From the NCBI RefSeq assembly GCF_047555085.1, contig NZ_CP180230.1, positions 300,001-332,000 of the forward strand: a DNA stretch of 32,000 nt, given 5' to 3'. Source of the DNA: Candidatus Saccharimonadota bacterium (lineage in GTDB: Archaea > Nanohalarchaeota > Nanosalinia > Nanosalinales > Nanosalinaceae). A program made the translations under genes and the position numbers. The notes beneath the pieces are model-generated. The model was not told the origin of the DNA. It worked only from the letters and a program-made list of their open reading frames with translations, and did not search any database. How positions within the stretch are numbered: the first letter of the stretch is position 1; each line of letters begins with the position of its first letter. Below are positions 23,069 to 31,270 of this stretch, piece after piece.

Positions 23069-23482
23069 CTATCCTCCTAATCTGTTGGCTACTCCTTTCA
23101 GGCCTTGATCGATTTTATGGTGTAAAAGCTTCTTTGTTTTCCGTGAGCCAGGATTTTCTGAGTCCAGTATCTCTCTGGCATCCTCCAGGTATCGCCCTTC
23201 ACCAGAGACAACTACTTCATCACCGATATCATAGAACTCCACAACTTCTGATCTGGTGTCAGGCCCTACTCCTACATGGCTGTAGTTGATTATGTAACTC
23301 CTTGCAGAGTTCAGTAAATCTGCTTCAAGAACCTTTTCAGGCACTTCACGCATATCGGAATCGAAATCATCCTCATCCAGAGGCCTGCTGTCATACGCTA
23401 TCTCATCCAGATAAGCCTGAACATGATAGAATGCTACAGGATTACCTATATCCTCCAGTTCAAAGGCAACAGTTTCTCTCAA
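23069..23482 (-). CDS. Hypothetical small acidic protein (137 aa)
   Basis: The ORF starts 2 nt after the XPB stop. I recognise no family. Confidence 0.5.
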   Translation of the reverse strand: MRETVAFELEDIGNPVAFYHVQAYLDEIAYDSRPLDEDDFDSDMREVPEKVLEADLLNSARSYIINYSHVGVGPDTRSEVVEFYDIGDEVVVSGEGRYLEDAREILDSENPGSRKTKKLLHHKIDQGLKGVANRLGG

Positions 23483-23484
23483 GT

Positions 23485-25134
23485 CTACTCCGTCACCTTT
23501 ACAGGAACTCCTTTCTCCTTCAACAGTTCCACCTGACGCTTCACGAAGTCCTCTTCATTAGAGCCTTTCGTTGCTATCATGTAGACCTGTGCATCGCCAA
23601 AAGGCCTCATAACTCTTCCAGCTCTCTGAGTTGCCTGCCTTCTTGATCCTCCCTGGCCTGACATTATGATACCGACTTCGGTGTCCGGAAGATCAAGGCC
23701 TTCATCGCCGATCCTTGAAACGATGATAGTATTCATCTCATCGTTCCTGAAGTCCTCAAAGTACTCTTCTCTCTCCTCAAACTCTGTCTCACCTGAAATA
23801 AACGGCACATCGAACTGGTCTGAGAGATCTTCTCCCTGATCGATCCAGTCGCAGAAAATAATTGTCTTCTCGCCGTCGTGTTCTTCAAGAAGCTGTTCAA
23901 GATTCTTTTTCTTCGCTGGATTCTTCGAGGCGATAATCGCCTTCTTGATACCGGAGGCCTGCTCGTATTCATGCCTGTGATAATCAGAGGCCCACTCCAC
24001 AAGCTGGATCTCCACATCGGGCTTCACAACATGGCCTTCACGGAAAAATCTGGCCCAGTCACTTCCGATCTCAGGCCCAATCAAGGCGAAAATCTCCCGC
24101 TCTTTACTGTCCTCTCTGACAGGAGAAGCGGAGAGGCCTATCCTTCTCGTTGACTGAAGTGAAGCTGTCTTCCTGAAAAGCTTGGAAGGAATATGGTGTA
24201 CTTCGTCGAAAATTATCAGGCCCCACTCGTTTCTGAAAAGCTTTGTCTTGTTCGCAGCCATGTGATAAGTCGCGATAGTGACGTCCTTCATCTGCTTTGT
24301 ATCGCCGTGATACTCTCCGATCTGATCCTCTGTCAAAGCAGTTTTGTCAAGTATCTCACGCTTCCACTGATTGACAAGAGAACGCTGAGGCACAAGGACG
24401 AGCGTCGGACTGTCGATCTTCGACATCAATCCGATAGAAGTAACTGTCTTCCCTGATCCAGCCGGATTCGCAAGTACAGCTGCTCTCTCCTCGTAAGCTC
24501 TTTCAACGTACTCTTTCTGATAATCTCTCAATTCAATGTTGAGATCTGCCCCGATCTTTTTGTCGGATTCACGGAACTTCGAATTGTCCTCTACAGGATA
24601 GCCTTTCTTCAGAAGAGCTTTCTTGATCTCGGCTCTTGACTTGGCTCCCATAGCGATCCTTGACTTTGTATCGGAAAGATCGACGGAAAGATTGTCTCTG
24701 ACATCGTCAAGGCCTCTTGCCCACTCCATCCTCTCAGGATCAGTGGATACAAGCGCGTGATATCTTCCTTCGTGCTCGATCGAGAAGATCTCCTGCTTCT
24801 CGTAAGTCCTCTGAAGCCATTCCAGAAAATGCGGATAATTCCCGACTAATCTAGTATATTTTTCCTTCAACTCTTCCAGAGAAAGATTCGAATTCCATAT
24901 ATCCATCTCCTGGACCTGGAACTTGTAGTGATCTTCACTACTCGTCTCCATATGAGCAATATTCGAGAACTCGTTCAAAGTTTCTTCAGTAGGATTCGTC
25001 AGTATAATTTCTCTCTGAGGCTCGAAGAACACCACCTGATCCTCGTTAGAGGCCTTCAGTCCATCGATAAGTTCTTCCTTAGAAAGTTCTTCAAGTTCAT
25101 CACGCGACATATCATCCAAGTTTCGGCTCGTCAT
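23485..25134 (-). CDS. xpb: XPB/Rad25 (SSL2)-type SF2 DNA repair helicase
   Basis: It has LRDYQKEYV (Q/motif I region), NPAGSGKT (Walker A), IIFDEVHH (DEVH), GLSASPVRED (motif III with the XPB-specific RED motif) and QRAGRVMR (motif VI). The ORF-track start at 25155 is a TTG, and the first ATG is at 25134. Confidence 0.85.
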   Translation of the reverse strand: MTSRNLDDMSRDELEELSKEELIDGLKASNEDQVVFFEPQREIILTNPTEETLNEFSNIAHMETSSEDHYKFQVQEMDIWNSNLSLEELKEKYTRLVGNYPHFLEWLQRTYEKQEIFSIEHEGRYHALVSTDPERMEWARGLDDVRDNLSVDLSDTKSRIAMGAKSRAEIKKALLKKGYPVEDNSKFRESDKKIGADLNIELRDYQKEYVERAYEERAAVLANPAGSGKTVTSIGLMSKIDSPTLVLVPQRSLVNQWKREILDKTALTEDQIGEYHGDTKQMKDVTIATYHMAANKTKLFRNEWGLIIFDEVHHIPSKLFRKTASLQSTRRIGLSASPVREDSKEREIFALIGPEIGSDWARFFREGHVVKPDVEIQLVEWASDYHRHEYEQASGIKKAIIASKNPAKKKNLEQLLEEHDGEKTIIFCDWIDQGEDLSDQFDVPFISGETEFEEREEYFEDFRNDEMNTIIVSRIGDEGLDLPDTEVGIIMSGQGGSRRQATQRAGRVMRPFGDAQVYMIATKGSNEEDFVKRQVELLKEKGVPVKVTE

Positions 25135-25232
25135 GCCTTCACACGTTACAGCCAAAGCTTTTTATCTCTGCACACCGATTTTTCCTCGCCATACCTTTGA
25201 AACTGGAAAAATTCTATCAAATCGGACTTGCT

Positions 25233-25243
25233 GTTATAAAATT
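25233..25243 (+). promoter_or_regulatory. TATA-like box upstream of the methyltransferase/rpoL pair
   Basis: The run GTTATAAAATT is centred about 29 nt upstream of the ATG at 25267. Confidence 0.5.
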
Positions 25244-25266
25244 CTAGAGGCCTCTCTAAAACTTGT

Positions 25267-25860
25267 ATGAAGGCTCAGCTGAAGCGGAAGCTTTCGCAGG
25301 TAGAAGACTTTGAAGATCCAAAGATCTCGATGGAGCAGTACGTCACACCTCCGCATCTCGCCGCAGATCTTGTTTTCACAGCTCACATGCAGGGCGATCT
25401 TGAAGGAAAAGTAGTTGATCTCGGCACAGGTACGGGAATACTTGCTATAGGAGCTGCACTTATGGGATCAAAAGTTATAGCAGTTGAAAAAGATGAAGAA
25501 GCCCTGAAAATCGCCAGAGAAAATGCAAAGAATCTTGGTGTATCTGAAGAAATCGAATTTGTACATTCTGGTGTTGAAGAATTTTCTGAGGCCTGTAATA
25601 CTGTTTTGATGAATCCTCCTTTCTCACAACACAGTGAAGAAGGATTAAAGTTCTGGGAGGCTGCAACGATGATTTCTGAGAAAGTTTACGGTATCTCCCC
25701 TGAGTCCAGCCGTGAAGGTATTAAAAGTTTCATCGAGTCTTCAAGACATAGAGTGGTCGAACAGCTGGAGTATCAGATTGATCTCCCGGCGACTTACGGT
25801 TTCCATACAAAGGAAAGCCGTGAGACACTGGTCGACCTCATAATCACGGAGAAAAGATAA
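25267..25860 (+). CDS. SAM-dependent N6-adenine-type methyltransferase (COG2263 / METTL5-like putative RNA methylase)
   Basis: It has the SAM motif I VVDLGTGTGILAIGAAL, an acidic loop AVEKD, and the catalytic NPPF (VLMNPPF). Confidence 0.8.
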   Translation: MKAQLKRKLSQVEDFEDPKISMEQYVTPPHLAADLVFTAHMQGDLEGKVVDLGTGTGILAIGAALMGSKVIAVEKDEEALKIARENAKNLGVSEEIEFVHSGVEEFSEACNTVLMNPPFSQHSEEGLKFWEAATMISEKVYGISPESSREGIKSFIESSRHRVVEQLEYQIDLPATYGFHTKESRETLVDLIITEKR

Positions 25861-25862
25861 TA

Positions 25863-26105
25863 ATGGAATATGAAGCATTCGAGAAAGAGGACAGACTGAT
25901 CATCGACATGAAGCAAAATCATGCACTGGCGAATCTCATCAGAAAGAAGGTCTGGGAAAACGACGGCGAAGCAGGATACGACAAAGGACACCCACTGGGA
26001 GACGAATCCAACCTTGTAATCAAGTCGGACAATCCTAAAGAAGTTCTCCAGGAAGCAGTAGAATCCGCAAAAGAGAACTTCACAGAGCTAGAAGCACAGC
26101 TCTAA
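25863..26105 (+). CDS. rpoL: DNA-directed RNA polymerase subunit L (Rpo11)
   Basis: 80 aa. The stretch NHALANLIRKKV...AGYDKGHPL aligns with the H-T-L-G-N-L-L-R ... Y-x-x-x-H-P-L core of archaeal RpoL. It starts 2 nt after the methyltransferase stop. Confidence 0.7.
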   Translation: MEYEAFEKEDRLIIDMKQNHALANLIRKKVWENDGEAGYDKGHPLGDESNLVIKSDNPKEVLQEAVESAKENFTELEAQL

Positions 26106-26216
26106 AAATTTTCCCTCATTTTCTATAGAGGCCTCTCAAAAATACGCGTAAAAAAGGCCTCAACTACGTTTCCGTTCTGCAGAAATATCCGGTCCAAAAT
26201 TTTCACTGTATTCAGG

Positions 26217-26225
26217 TATATAAAA
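26217..26225 (+). promoter_or_regulatory. TATA box of the 5S rRNA gene (TATATAAAA)
   Basis: Its centre lies about 25 nt upstream of the predicted 5S 5' end at 26246, which is the usual archaeal TATA-to-TSS spacing. Confidence 0.6.
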
Positions 26226-26245
26226 TTTACACCCTCTTTCTACTT

Positions 26246-26364
26246 TACTGGCGACCACAGCGAGGGGGTTTTACACCCGTACCCATTCCGAACACGGAAG
26301 TTAAGTCCCTCAGCGATTTGACCGGTACTGCCTTTCGGCGGGAGAGTCAAGACGTTGCCGGTAC
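26246..26364 (+). rRNA. 5S ribosomal RNA, not adjacent to 16S/23S within this window
   Basis: Helix I forms between TACTGGCGAC (26246-26255) and GTTGCCGGTA (26354-26363). The conserved loop sequence CCCATTCCGAACACGGAAGTTAAG is present. A TATA box lies about 25 nt upstream and a T-run lies immediately downstream. Confidence 0.9.
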
Positions 26365-26372
26365 TATTTTTC
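26365..26372 (+). terminator. Oligo-T tract immediately after the 5S rRNA
   Basis: The sequence CTATTTTTCC directly follows helix I of the 5S rRNA. Archaeal RNAP terminates at T-runs. Confidence 0.5.
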
Positions 26373-26403
26373 CTCATTTATCTTCATATCCAGAAATTCT
26401 ATT

Positions 26404-27132
26404 TCACTGCTTCAGGCTGTTGTACATAAGATTCAGGGCCTCATCAAACTTCTGCTGATAATTTTTTCCTGATCCGTCAAGAGTTCTGCCCAGTCCGTCA
26501 AAGATTACTAAGGGTTCGTTCAGCACAGATAGTTCTGCAGAGTTCTTTCTGTCGACATTTTCGATACCGGAGGCCTCAAGTTCTGTTCTATATCCTTCTC
26601 TGAAGTTTTCGATGAAGGCCTCGTATTTTTCAGGAGCCATGTTTCTGCTGTCGGCCTCTATTATCCGTATATCATCCGCTATATCTGCTGCAGTTGCGTT
26701 GTTCGAGTAAAATTCGTGATCTATCGAGAATATTTCTCCATCTCTGTACATGAAGTTTCCGAGGCCTGGATCTCCATGTGTTCCGAATCTATGGATGTCT
26801 GCGATCAGATGTCCCATGCTCTCTCCTATGTCTGAGACTTCGTGTATGTCAGCTTCTTCCAGATATTTTTTGACAAGTACTGCATCTTCTATCTCTTCTG
26901 TAACAACTACACCATCCTCTTCTGAGTAATCAAGTACTTCGTGATGTGAGATGTATTTTTCAGTCAGCTTCTGATCTGCCTCTACCTCACTCTGTACTTT
27001 TTCATGAGCCTTCGGTGGAAAAATATTTCCACGCATCAGATTTTTGATTGGAGGATCTAGAAGGTTCAAACTGTCTCTATACTCGCTGACGTAGTTCCCT
27101 TCCCCATCTCTGGAGACAGAGTGAGCACCCAT
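26404..27132 (-). CDS. Atypical protein-kinase-like fold protein (Bud32/RIO/Kdo-kinase-like)
   Basis: The catalytic-loop-like stretch is IHRFGTHGDPGLGNFMY...IFSIDHEF (HGD...N...D). The N-lobe is divergent. The ATG at 27132 is preferred, because the ORF-track start is a TTG. Confidence 0.5.
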   Translation of the reverse strand: MGAHSVSRDGEGNYVSEYRDSLNLLDPPIKNLMRGNIFPPKAHEKVQSEVEADQKLTEKYISHHEVLDYSEEDGVVVTEEIEDAVLVKKYLEEADIHEVSDIGESMGHLIADIHRFGTHGDPGLGNFMYRDGEIFSIDHEFYSNNATAADIADDIRIIEADSRNMAPEKYEAFIENFREGYRTELEASGIENVDRKNSAELSVLNEPLVIFDGLGRTLDGSGKNYQQKFDEALNLMYNSLKQ

Positions 27133-27222
27133 ATTGTAACTATTAAGGAGTAACAATTATATGTTTTCTCTGATTCTATCGAAAGTTCAGAGATTTAAAT
27201 CCCGATATAATAAAATCGCTTT

Positions 27223-27651
27223 ATGGGCCTGACTTCATGGATTCTCTGGCACGGCGAAAAAATTGGATCAAGTATATTATCCAGATTTTTCTGGCCTCCA
27301 GCCAGCGCCTCGGCAGTTATTCTTGACGGCGAGGAGATCCTTGTAGTCGATAAAAGTGATTACCTGATGCTTCCGGGAGGCCTCCTGGAGAGAGGAGAAA
27401 ACTTTGAACAGGCAGTCGAGAGAGAAGTACGTGAAGAGACAGGCCTTGAAGTAGAAGTTTTGGAGGAGATCGACGAGTTCGTTAAAGACTTCGCAGGCGT
27501 GGAAAAAATATTCACGGCCACTGTCAAAGATGGAGAACTAGAGTCTTCATGGGAAGGCACTCCGAAGTATATTTCGCTGGGAGAGGCCTCTGATAGGAGA
27601 TGGCGTTGGAATCGTGATATAAAGGATCTGATCGAAAAAGCCCAACGCTAA
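27223..27651 (+). CDS. NUDIX hydrolase
   Basis: It has the Nudix box GGLLERGENFEQAVEREVREETGL (G-x5-E-x7-R-E-x2-E-E-x-G). Confidence 0.9.
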   Translation: MGLTSWILWHGEKIGSSILSRFFWPPASASAVILDGEEILVVDKSDYLMLPGGLLERGENFEQAVEREVREETGLEVEVLEEIDEFVKDFAGVEKIFTATVKDGELESSWEGTPKYISLGEASDRRWRWNRDIKDLIEKAQR

Positions 27652-27677
27652 ATAAATTTGCCGATAACTTTCTCTGT

Positions 27678-28538
27678 ATGATAGGACAAAACTTGAAAAC
27701 TAATTTCAGGATTTTCACACTGTTAAGCGTTCTTACAGGCCTCTTCATAGGAGCCGGATACATTATCGGCGGCCGTGGAGGAATGATTCTAGGCCTATTC
27801 TTCGCAGGAATAATGAATTTTGCATCGTACTGGTACTCGGATAAAATAGTTCTGAAGATGTACGGCGCAGAAAAAATTTCAGAGGAAGAAAATCCGGATC
27901 TACACAAGATGGTAGAGAGACTGGCTGAAGACGCTGGAATCCCGAAGCCGAAAGTTTACATGAACGATATGGAGGTGCCGAACGCATTCGCCACAGGAAG
28001 AAATCCTGAGAAAGGTGTAGTCTGTGTCACGAAAGGCCTTATGAATACTCTGAACGATGAGGAAATCGAAGGAGTCATAGCACACGAACTGGCGCACATA
28101 AAGAATAGAGATACTTTGATCAATGCAGTCGTCGCCACGATAGCGGGAGCTGTTGGAATACTGGCCGAGATGGCTTTCTGGGGAGCAATGTTCGGAGGAA
28201 GAGAAGAGGAAAGCGATATGATCTCCGCACTCGTCCTCATGATCCTCACACCGCTGATAGCAACAATCATCAGGATGGCAGTATCAAGAAGCATGGAGTT
28301 CCGCGCCGATAGAGACGCCGTAAAAATCTCTGGCAACAGAAAAGGCCTCTCATCCGCACTTGAAAAAATCAGCGAGGCCTCATCCAGGCCTCTGAAAGGC
28401 CATGCATCAAGAAGTCAAGAGGCAGGTGCAAATCTTTTCATCTCGAATCCGTTCTCCGGCGACAAGATCACTAAATACTTTTCAACTCATCCTCCGCTGG
28501 ATGAACGACTTGAAAACATCGAGTCGACAGAGCTATGA
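27678..28538 (+). CDS. htpX: HtpX-type M48 membrane zinc metalloprotease
   Basis: It has N-terminal TM helices, NAFATG, HELAHIKNRD (HExxH), a second TM pair, and the C-terminal EFRADR and THPP blocks. Confidence 0.9.
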   Translation: MIGQNLKTNFRIFTLLSVLTGLFIGAGYIIGGRGGMILGLFFAGIMNFASYWYSDKIVLKMYGAEKISEEENPDLHKMVERLAEDAGIPKPKVYMNDMEVPNAFATGRNPEKGVVCVTKGLMNTLNDEEIEGVIAHELAHIKNRDTLINAVVATIAGAVGILAEMAFWGAMFGGREEESDMISALVLMILTPLIATIIRMAVSRSMEFRADRDAVKISGNRKGLSSALEKISEASSRPLKGHASRSQEAGANLFISNPFSGDKITKYFSTHPPLDERLENIESTEL

Positions 28539-29227
28539 ATCCGGAAATTAACTCGAAAAACTCTGATTCCGGGCCTGTAGATCCTTTCAGGCCTGAGCTT
28601 CTGGACGAAGTACAGGGACCGAGCTACGGCCAGGATCCGGTACTTGATGAGCTGGAGGCCTCTATGGGGGAAGTGGAAGATTTTTCAGGCCTAAGCTTTG
28701 ATGTATTCGATGAAGTTTCTGTAGAAAATCTTCCAGAAGGTGTTCCGGCAGCTACACGGAACGAAAAATACAGGGCGCCGCTTGTAGGAAATATTTACGA
28801 CAGTACTGTTCTCGTGGCTGATCCGGAGCTTTTACAGATGCCAAAAGCTGAGAGAAATCACGCGCTCCTGCATGAAAACGTTCACGGCCACTACTTCAGA
28901 GGGGAGGAACAGAGGCCTCTGGAAAAGGCGGGAGTCGAAGACGAAGATAAAGAAAAACTGTACAGGATGTTGAACTACGGCGACGAATCAGCTTTCGAAG
29001 GAGCTACAGAGTTCATCACGCACATGCTTGATCCGGAGAGCAGGAGAGTAGGGAAGAAATTCTATCCAGAAGAACTGGAAGCAGTTGAACAGGAACTCGA
29101 TGCCGACTCCCAGCTAGTGGAAGATATTCAAGGCCTGAAAAACAAACTTATCGATAATTACCGAGAATTTATGATGTACAGGCCTCTGAAGGAGTGTACA
29201 TGGAGTCAGGGAATTTTGCCGGTGTAG
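28535..29227 (+). CDS. Hypothetical acidic protein with an HExxH motif (LLHENVHGH)
   Basis: 230 aa. Its ATG overlaps the htpX stop (ATGA). A single HExxH is followed by conserved-looking acidic residues, and there is no TM segment or signal peptide. Confidence 0.55.
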   Translation: MNPEINSKNSDSGPVDPFRPELLDEVQGPSYGQDPVLDELEASMGEVEDFSGLSFDVFDEVSVENLPEGVPAATRNEKYRAPLVGNIYDSTVLVADPELLQMPKAERNHALLHENVHGHYFRGEEQRPLEKAGVEDEDKEKLYRMLNYGDESAFEGATEFITHMLDPESRRVGKKFYPEELEAVEQELDADSQLVEDIQGLKNKLIDNYREFMMYRPLKECTWSQGILPV

Positions 29228-29424
29228 ATTACAACGCTTTGGTGATTGGGGACGATGCAGAGGCCTACGGCGAAGGTGTCGTGAGAGATTATCTTGAAAA
29301 CTTTGCAGAGTACGACGAAGACGGCGTTTATGGATTAGATGAAGATTCCGGCGGAGTTATGGAAGATAACTCGATTAACTGGAGCGGCTGGGACGAGAAA
29401 CTGGACTACACTGAAGGAATGTAG
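29200..29424 (+). CDS. Hypothetical small, very acidic protein
   Basis: 74-76 aa. The ATG at 29200 overlaps the previous ORF by 28 nt in another frame. The product is extremely D/E/G-rich. Confidence 0.4.
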   Translation: MESGNFAGVDYNALVIGDDAEAYGEGVVRDYLENFAEYDEDGVYGLDEDSGGVMEDNSINWSGWDEKLDYTEGM

Positions 29425-29453
29425 AAAAATTCTATTTTTGTCTGAAAATTTTT

Positions 29454-30140
29454 TCACGAAGTTTTCTTTGAAGTTGTCTGGAGGCCTCTTTTTCCGACGT
29501 TGTAGAGGTATTGGATTTCACTTTCTGTGAGAGGCCTATTGTAGATACGGACTTCGGAGATTTTTCCTTTTGAATAGAACGAATCATTTACTCTAGAACC
29601 TATTCTCATATTGGTGCTTGAGATATTTTTCAGGCCGTTATACGTATTGTCTTGCGAAAGTGGTATTTTTGAACTATTGACATATATTTCTCCTTTAGCT
29701 CCATCAAAGTTTGCCGTAACATGATTCCATCTATCCGTCTTGAGCTGTTTACTGCTCTGTTCAGTGATACGTGTGTCGCCATTTTCATCTTTAGCCGCGA
29801 ACTGCAAATCTCCGTTACCGCTTTGACCCAACTTAAACTGTGATTCGCTTCCCCAGTTCTTGACCCGCGAAAAATAATCTTGTTCTGCATTCAGATTGAC
29901 AGGTTTAATCCATAGAGAAATGCTCAAAGTATTAGCTTTCCAAAGATCCCTGTTCAAAGATATTTCTACATAATCGTTGCTTCCGTCGAAGCTGTATGCG
30001 TTCTGGCCTAGAATTCCAGAGGCTTCTGGTACAGTTGAGTCTCCGCCGTCGTTGATTGTTCCGTGATTTTCGTTGCCTGAATGATCATAGGCCTTATCTC
30101 CACTTTCTTCGTTGAGAGGCCAGTAGCCGACAAGTGTCAC
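29454..30140 (-). CDS. LamG / concanavalin-A-like lectin domain protein with no signal peptide
   Basis: The N-terminus GYWPLNEESGDKAYDHSGNENHGTI...AYSFDGSNDYVEIS...LSISLWIKP is the stereotyped Laminin_G_3 start. The GTG start has an in-frame stop immediately upstream. Confidence 0.7.
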   Translation of the reverse strand: MTLVGYWPLNEESGDKAYDHSGNENHGTINDGGDSTVPEASGILGQNAYSFDGSNDYVEISLNRDLWKANTLSISLWIKPVNLNAEQDYFSRVKNWGSESQFKLGQSGNGDLQFAAKDENGDTRITEQSSKQLKTDRWNHVTANFDGAKGEIYVNSSKIPLSQDNTYNGLKNISSTNMRIGSRVNDSFYSKGKISEVRIYNRPLTESEIQYLYNVGKRGLQTTSKKTS

Positions 30141-30181
30141 GTATTACTGTTGATTATTGTTTGTTAAAAATTTGAGAAGTC

Positions 30182-30203
30182 AGAGGCCTTTTTTGAGGCC
30201 TCT
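30182..30203 (-). terminator. Hairpin made from two AGGCCT copies (AGAGGCCT-tttttg-AGGCCTCT) downstream of the NDP-sugar pyrophosphorylase gene
   Basis: It has a perfect 8-bp stem and a 6-nt loop, 10 nt after the stop at 30214. A T-rich run follows on the transcribed strand. Confidence 0.45.
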
Positions 30204-30213
30204 CGGAATTTTT

Positions 30214-31179
30214 TTAGAGCTGTGTGTGTTCTCCGATCAGTGCGTCGTTGAGGTTGACGTCTTTTATTTTTGCGTGCTGATCTAGGATAGAGTTTCTGAC
30301 TTCGGAGTCTATGATTTTTGCGTTGGGGAAGACGATGCTTTTCTTGACTTTGGAGTTTTTGACTTCTGCGCCTTCCATGACGATGGAGTCGTCGTCGACT
30401 TCAGAGTCCTTGACTGTTCCCTCGACGATTTTGTCGTCTGTTATGCTTGCGACTGCGTTGAGGTATCCCTGCGGTGTTCCGACGTCGAACCATTCTCCGT
30501 CGAAGCTGTAAGCGTACATCTCTCTTTCCTCGTGAGCCCATTCGATAAGCCTTCCTGGCTCATCCAGGTACTGATCCTCCGGTATATCCGTCTCTGCGAA
30601 GTGTTCCTCGTATCTGTCGAAGAGATCCAGATCTTCCTCTGGGAAGAAGTACCAGGCGATAGAGGCCAGTGTGGAAGGAGGGACATCAGGCTTCTCCTTG
30701 AATCCTACGATCCTGTCGTCGTCGACATCCACGATACCGAACTGTGAGGCCATCTCCTCGCTTTCGACATCGTAGACAACGTTCGCAGGAGCATCTTTCT
30801 CCTTCACAAATTCTATGAAGTCTGCTCCGTCAAAGCTCTGATAGTTATCTCCTCCGACGATCACGAGATCGTCTGAGAGGCCTTCGCTTTCTATCAAGTT
30901 GATTATGGCGCCGATAGTACCTGGCTTGTCGTGTTCGTTGTCCTGATCCTCTGAAACAACTCTAACATCTTCGAAGTCAGAGGCCTCGACGTATTCGTCG
31001 AAGTCGGGAGCGAACTTGTCGTTCGTCGAGATTATTACTTCGTCGACTTCGCCTTCAAGGTCGTCGAGAATGTATTCGATTATAGGTTTCTCACCGAGCG
31101 GAAGAAGTGGCTTCGCCCGATGCTTCGTAACAGGCCACAGACGTGTGGCGTGACCGCCAGCTAGAATTATCGCTTTCAT
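30214..31179 (-). CDS. NDP-sugar pyrophosphorylase (sugar-1-phosphate nucleotidyltransferase) with a C-terminal left-handed beta-helix
   Basis: It has MKAIILAGGHATRLWPVTKHRAKPLLPLG (G-x-G-x-R-L signature), then hexapeptide-like repeats at the C-terminus. The ATG at 31179 is preferred over the TTG at 31197. Confidence 0.85.
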   Translation of the reverse strand: MKAIILAGGHATRLWPVTKHRAKPLLPLGEKPIIEYILDDLEGEVDEVIISTNDKFAPDFDEYVEASDFEDVRVVSEDQDNEHDKPGTIGAIINLIESEGLSDDLVIVGGDNYQSFDGADFIEFVKEKDAPANVVYDVESEEMASQFGIVDVDDDRIVGFKEKPDVPPSTLASIAWYFFPEEDLDLFDRYEEHFAETDIPEDQYLDEPGRLIEWAHEEREMYAYSFDGEWFDVGTPQGYLNAVASITDDKIVEGTVKDSEVDDDSIVMEGAEVKNSKVKKSIVFPNAKIIDSEVRNSILDQHAKIKDVNLNDALIGEHTQL

Positions 31180-31270
31180 CGCTATCAGATAATACAAAGT
31201 AATACATCACAAGTTAAAAACTCTTACCTTCCGATGGAGATAAATCAATCAGGCCTCTCAAATAACTACG

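Noticed and set aside
22714-23482. The idea that the two small ORFs after XPB are a split or degenerate Bax1 nuclease.
   Set aside because: Their combined length of about 254 aa is well short of Bax1, and I see no nuclease-type acidic-Lys motif or DUF790-like blocks. I left them as unknown partners rather than calling them Bax1.
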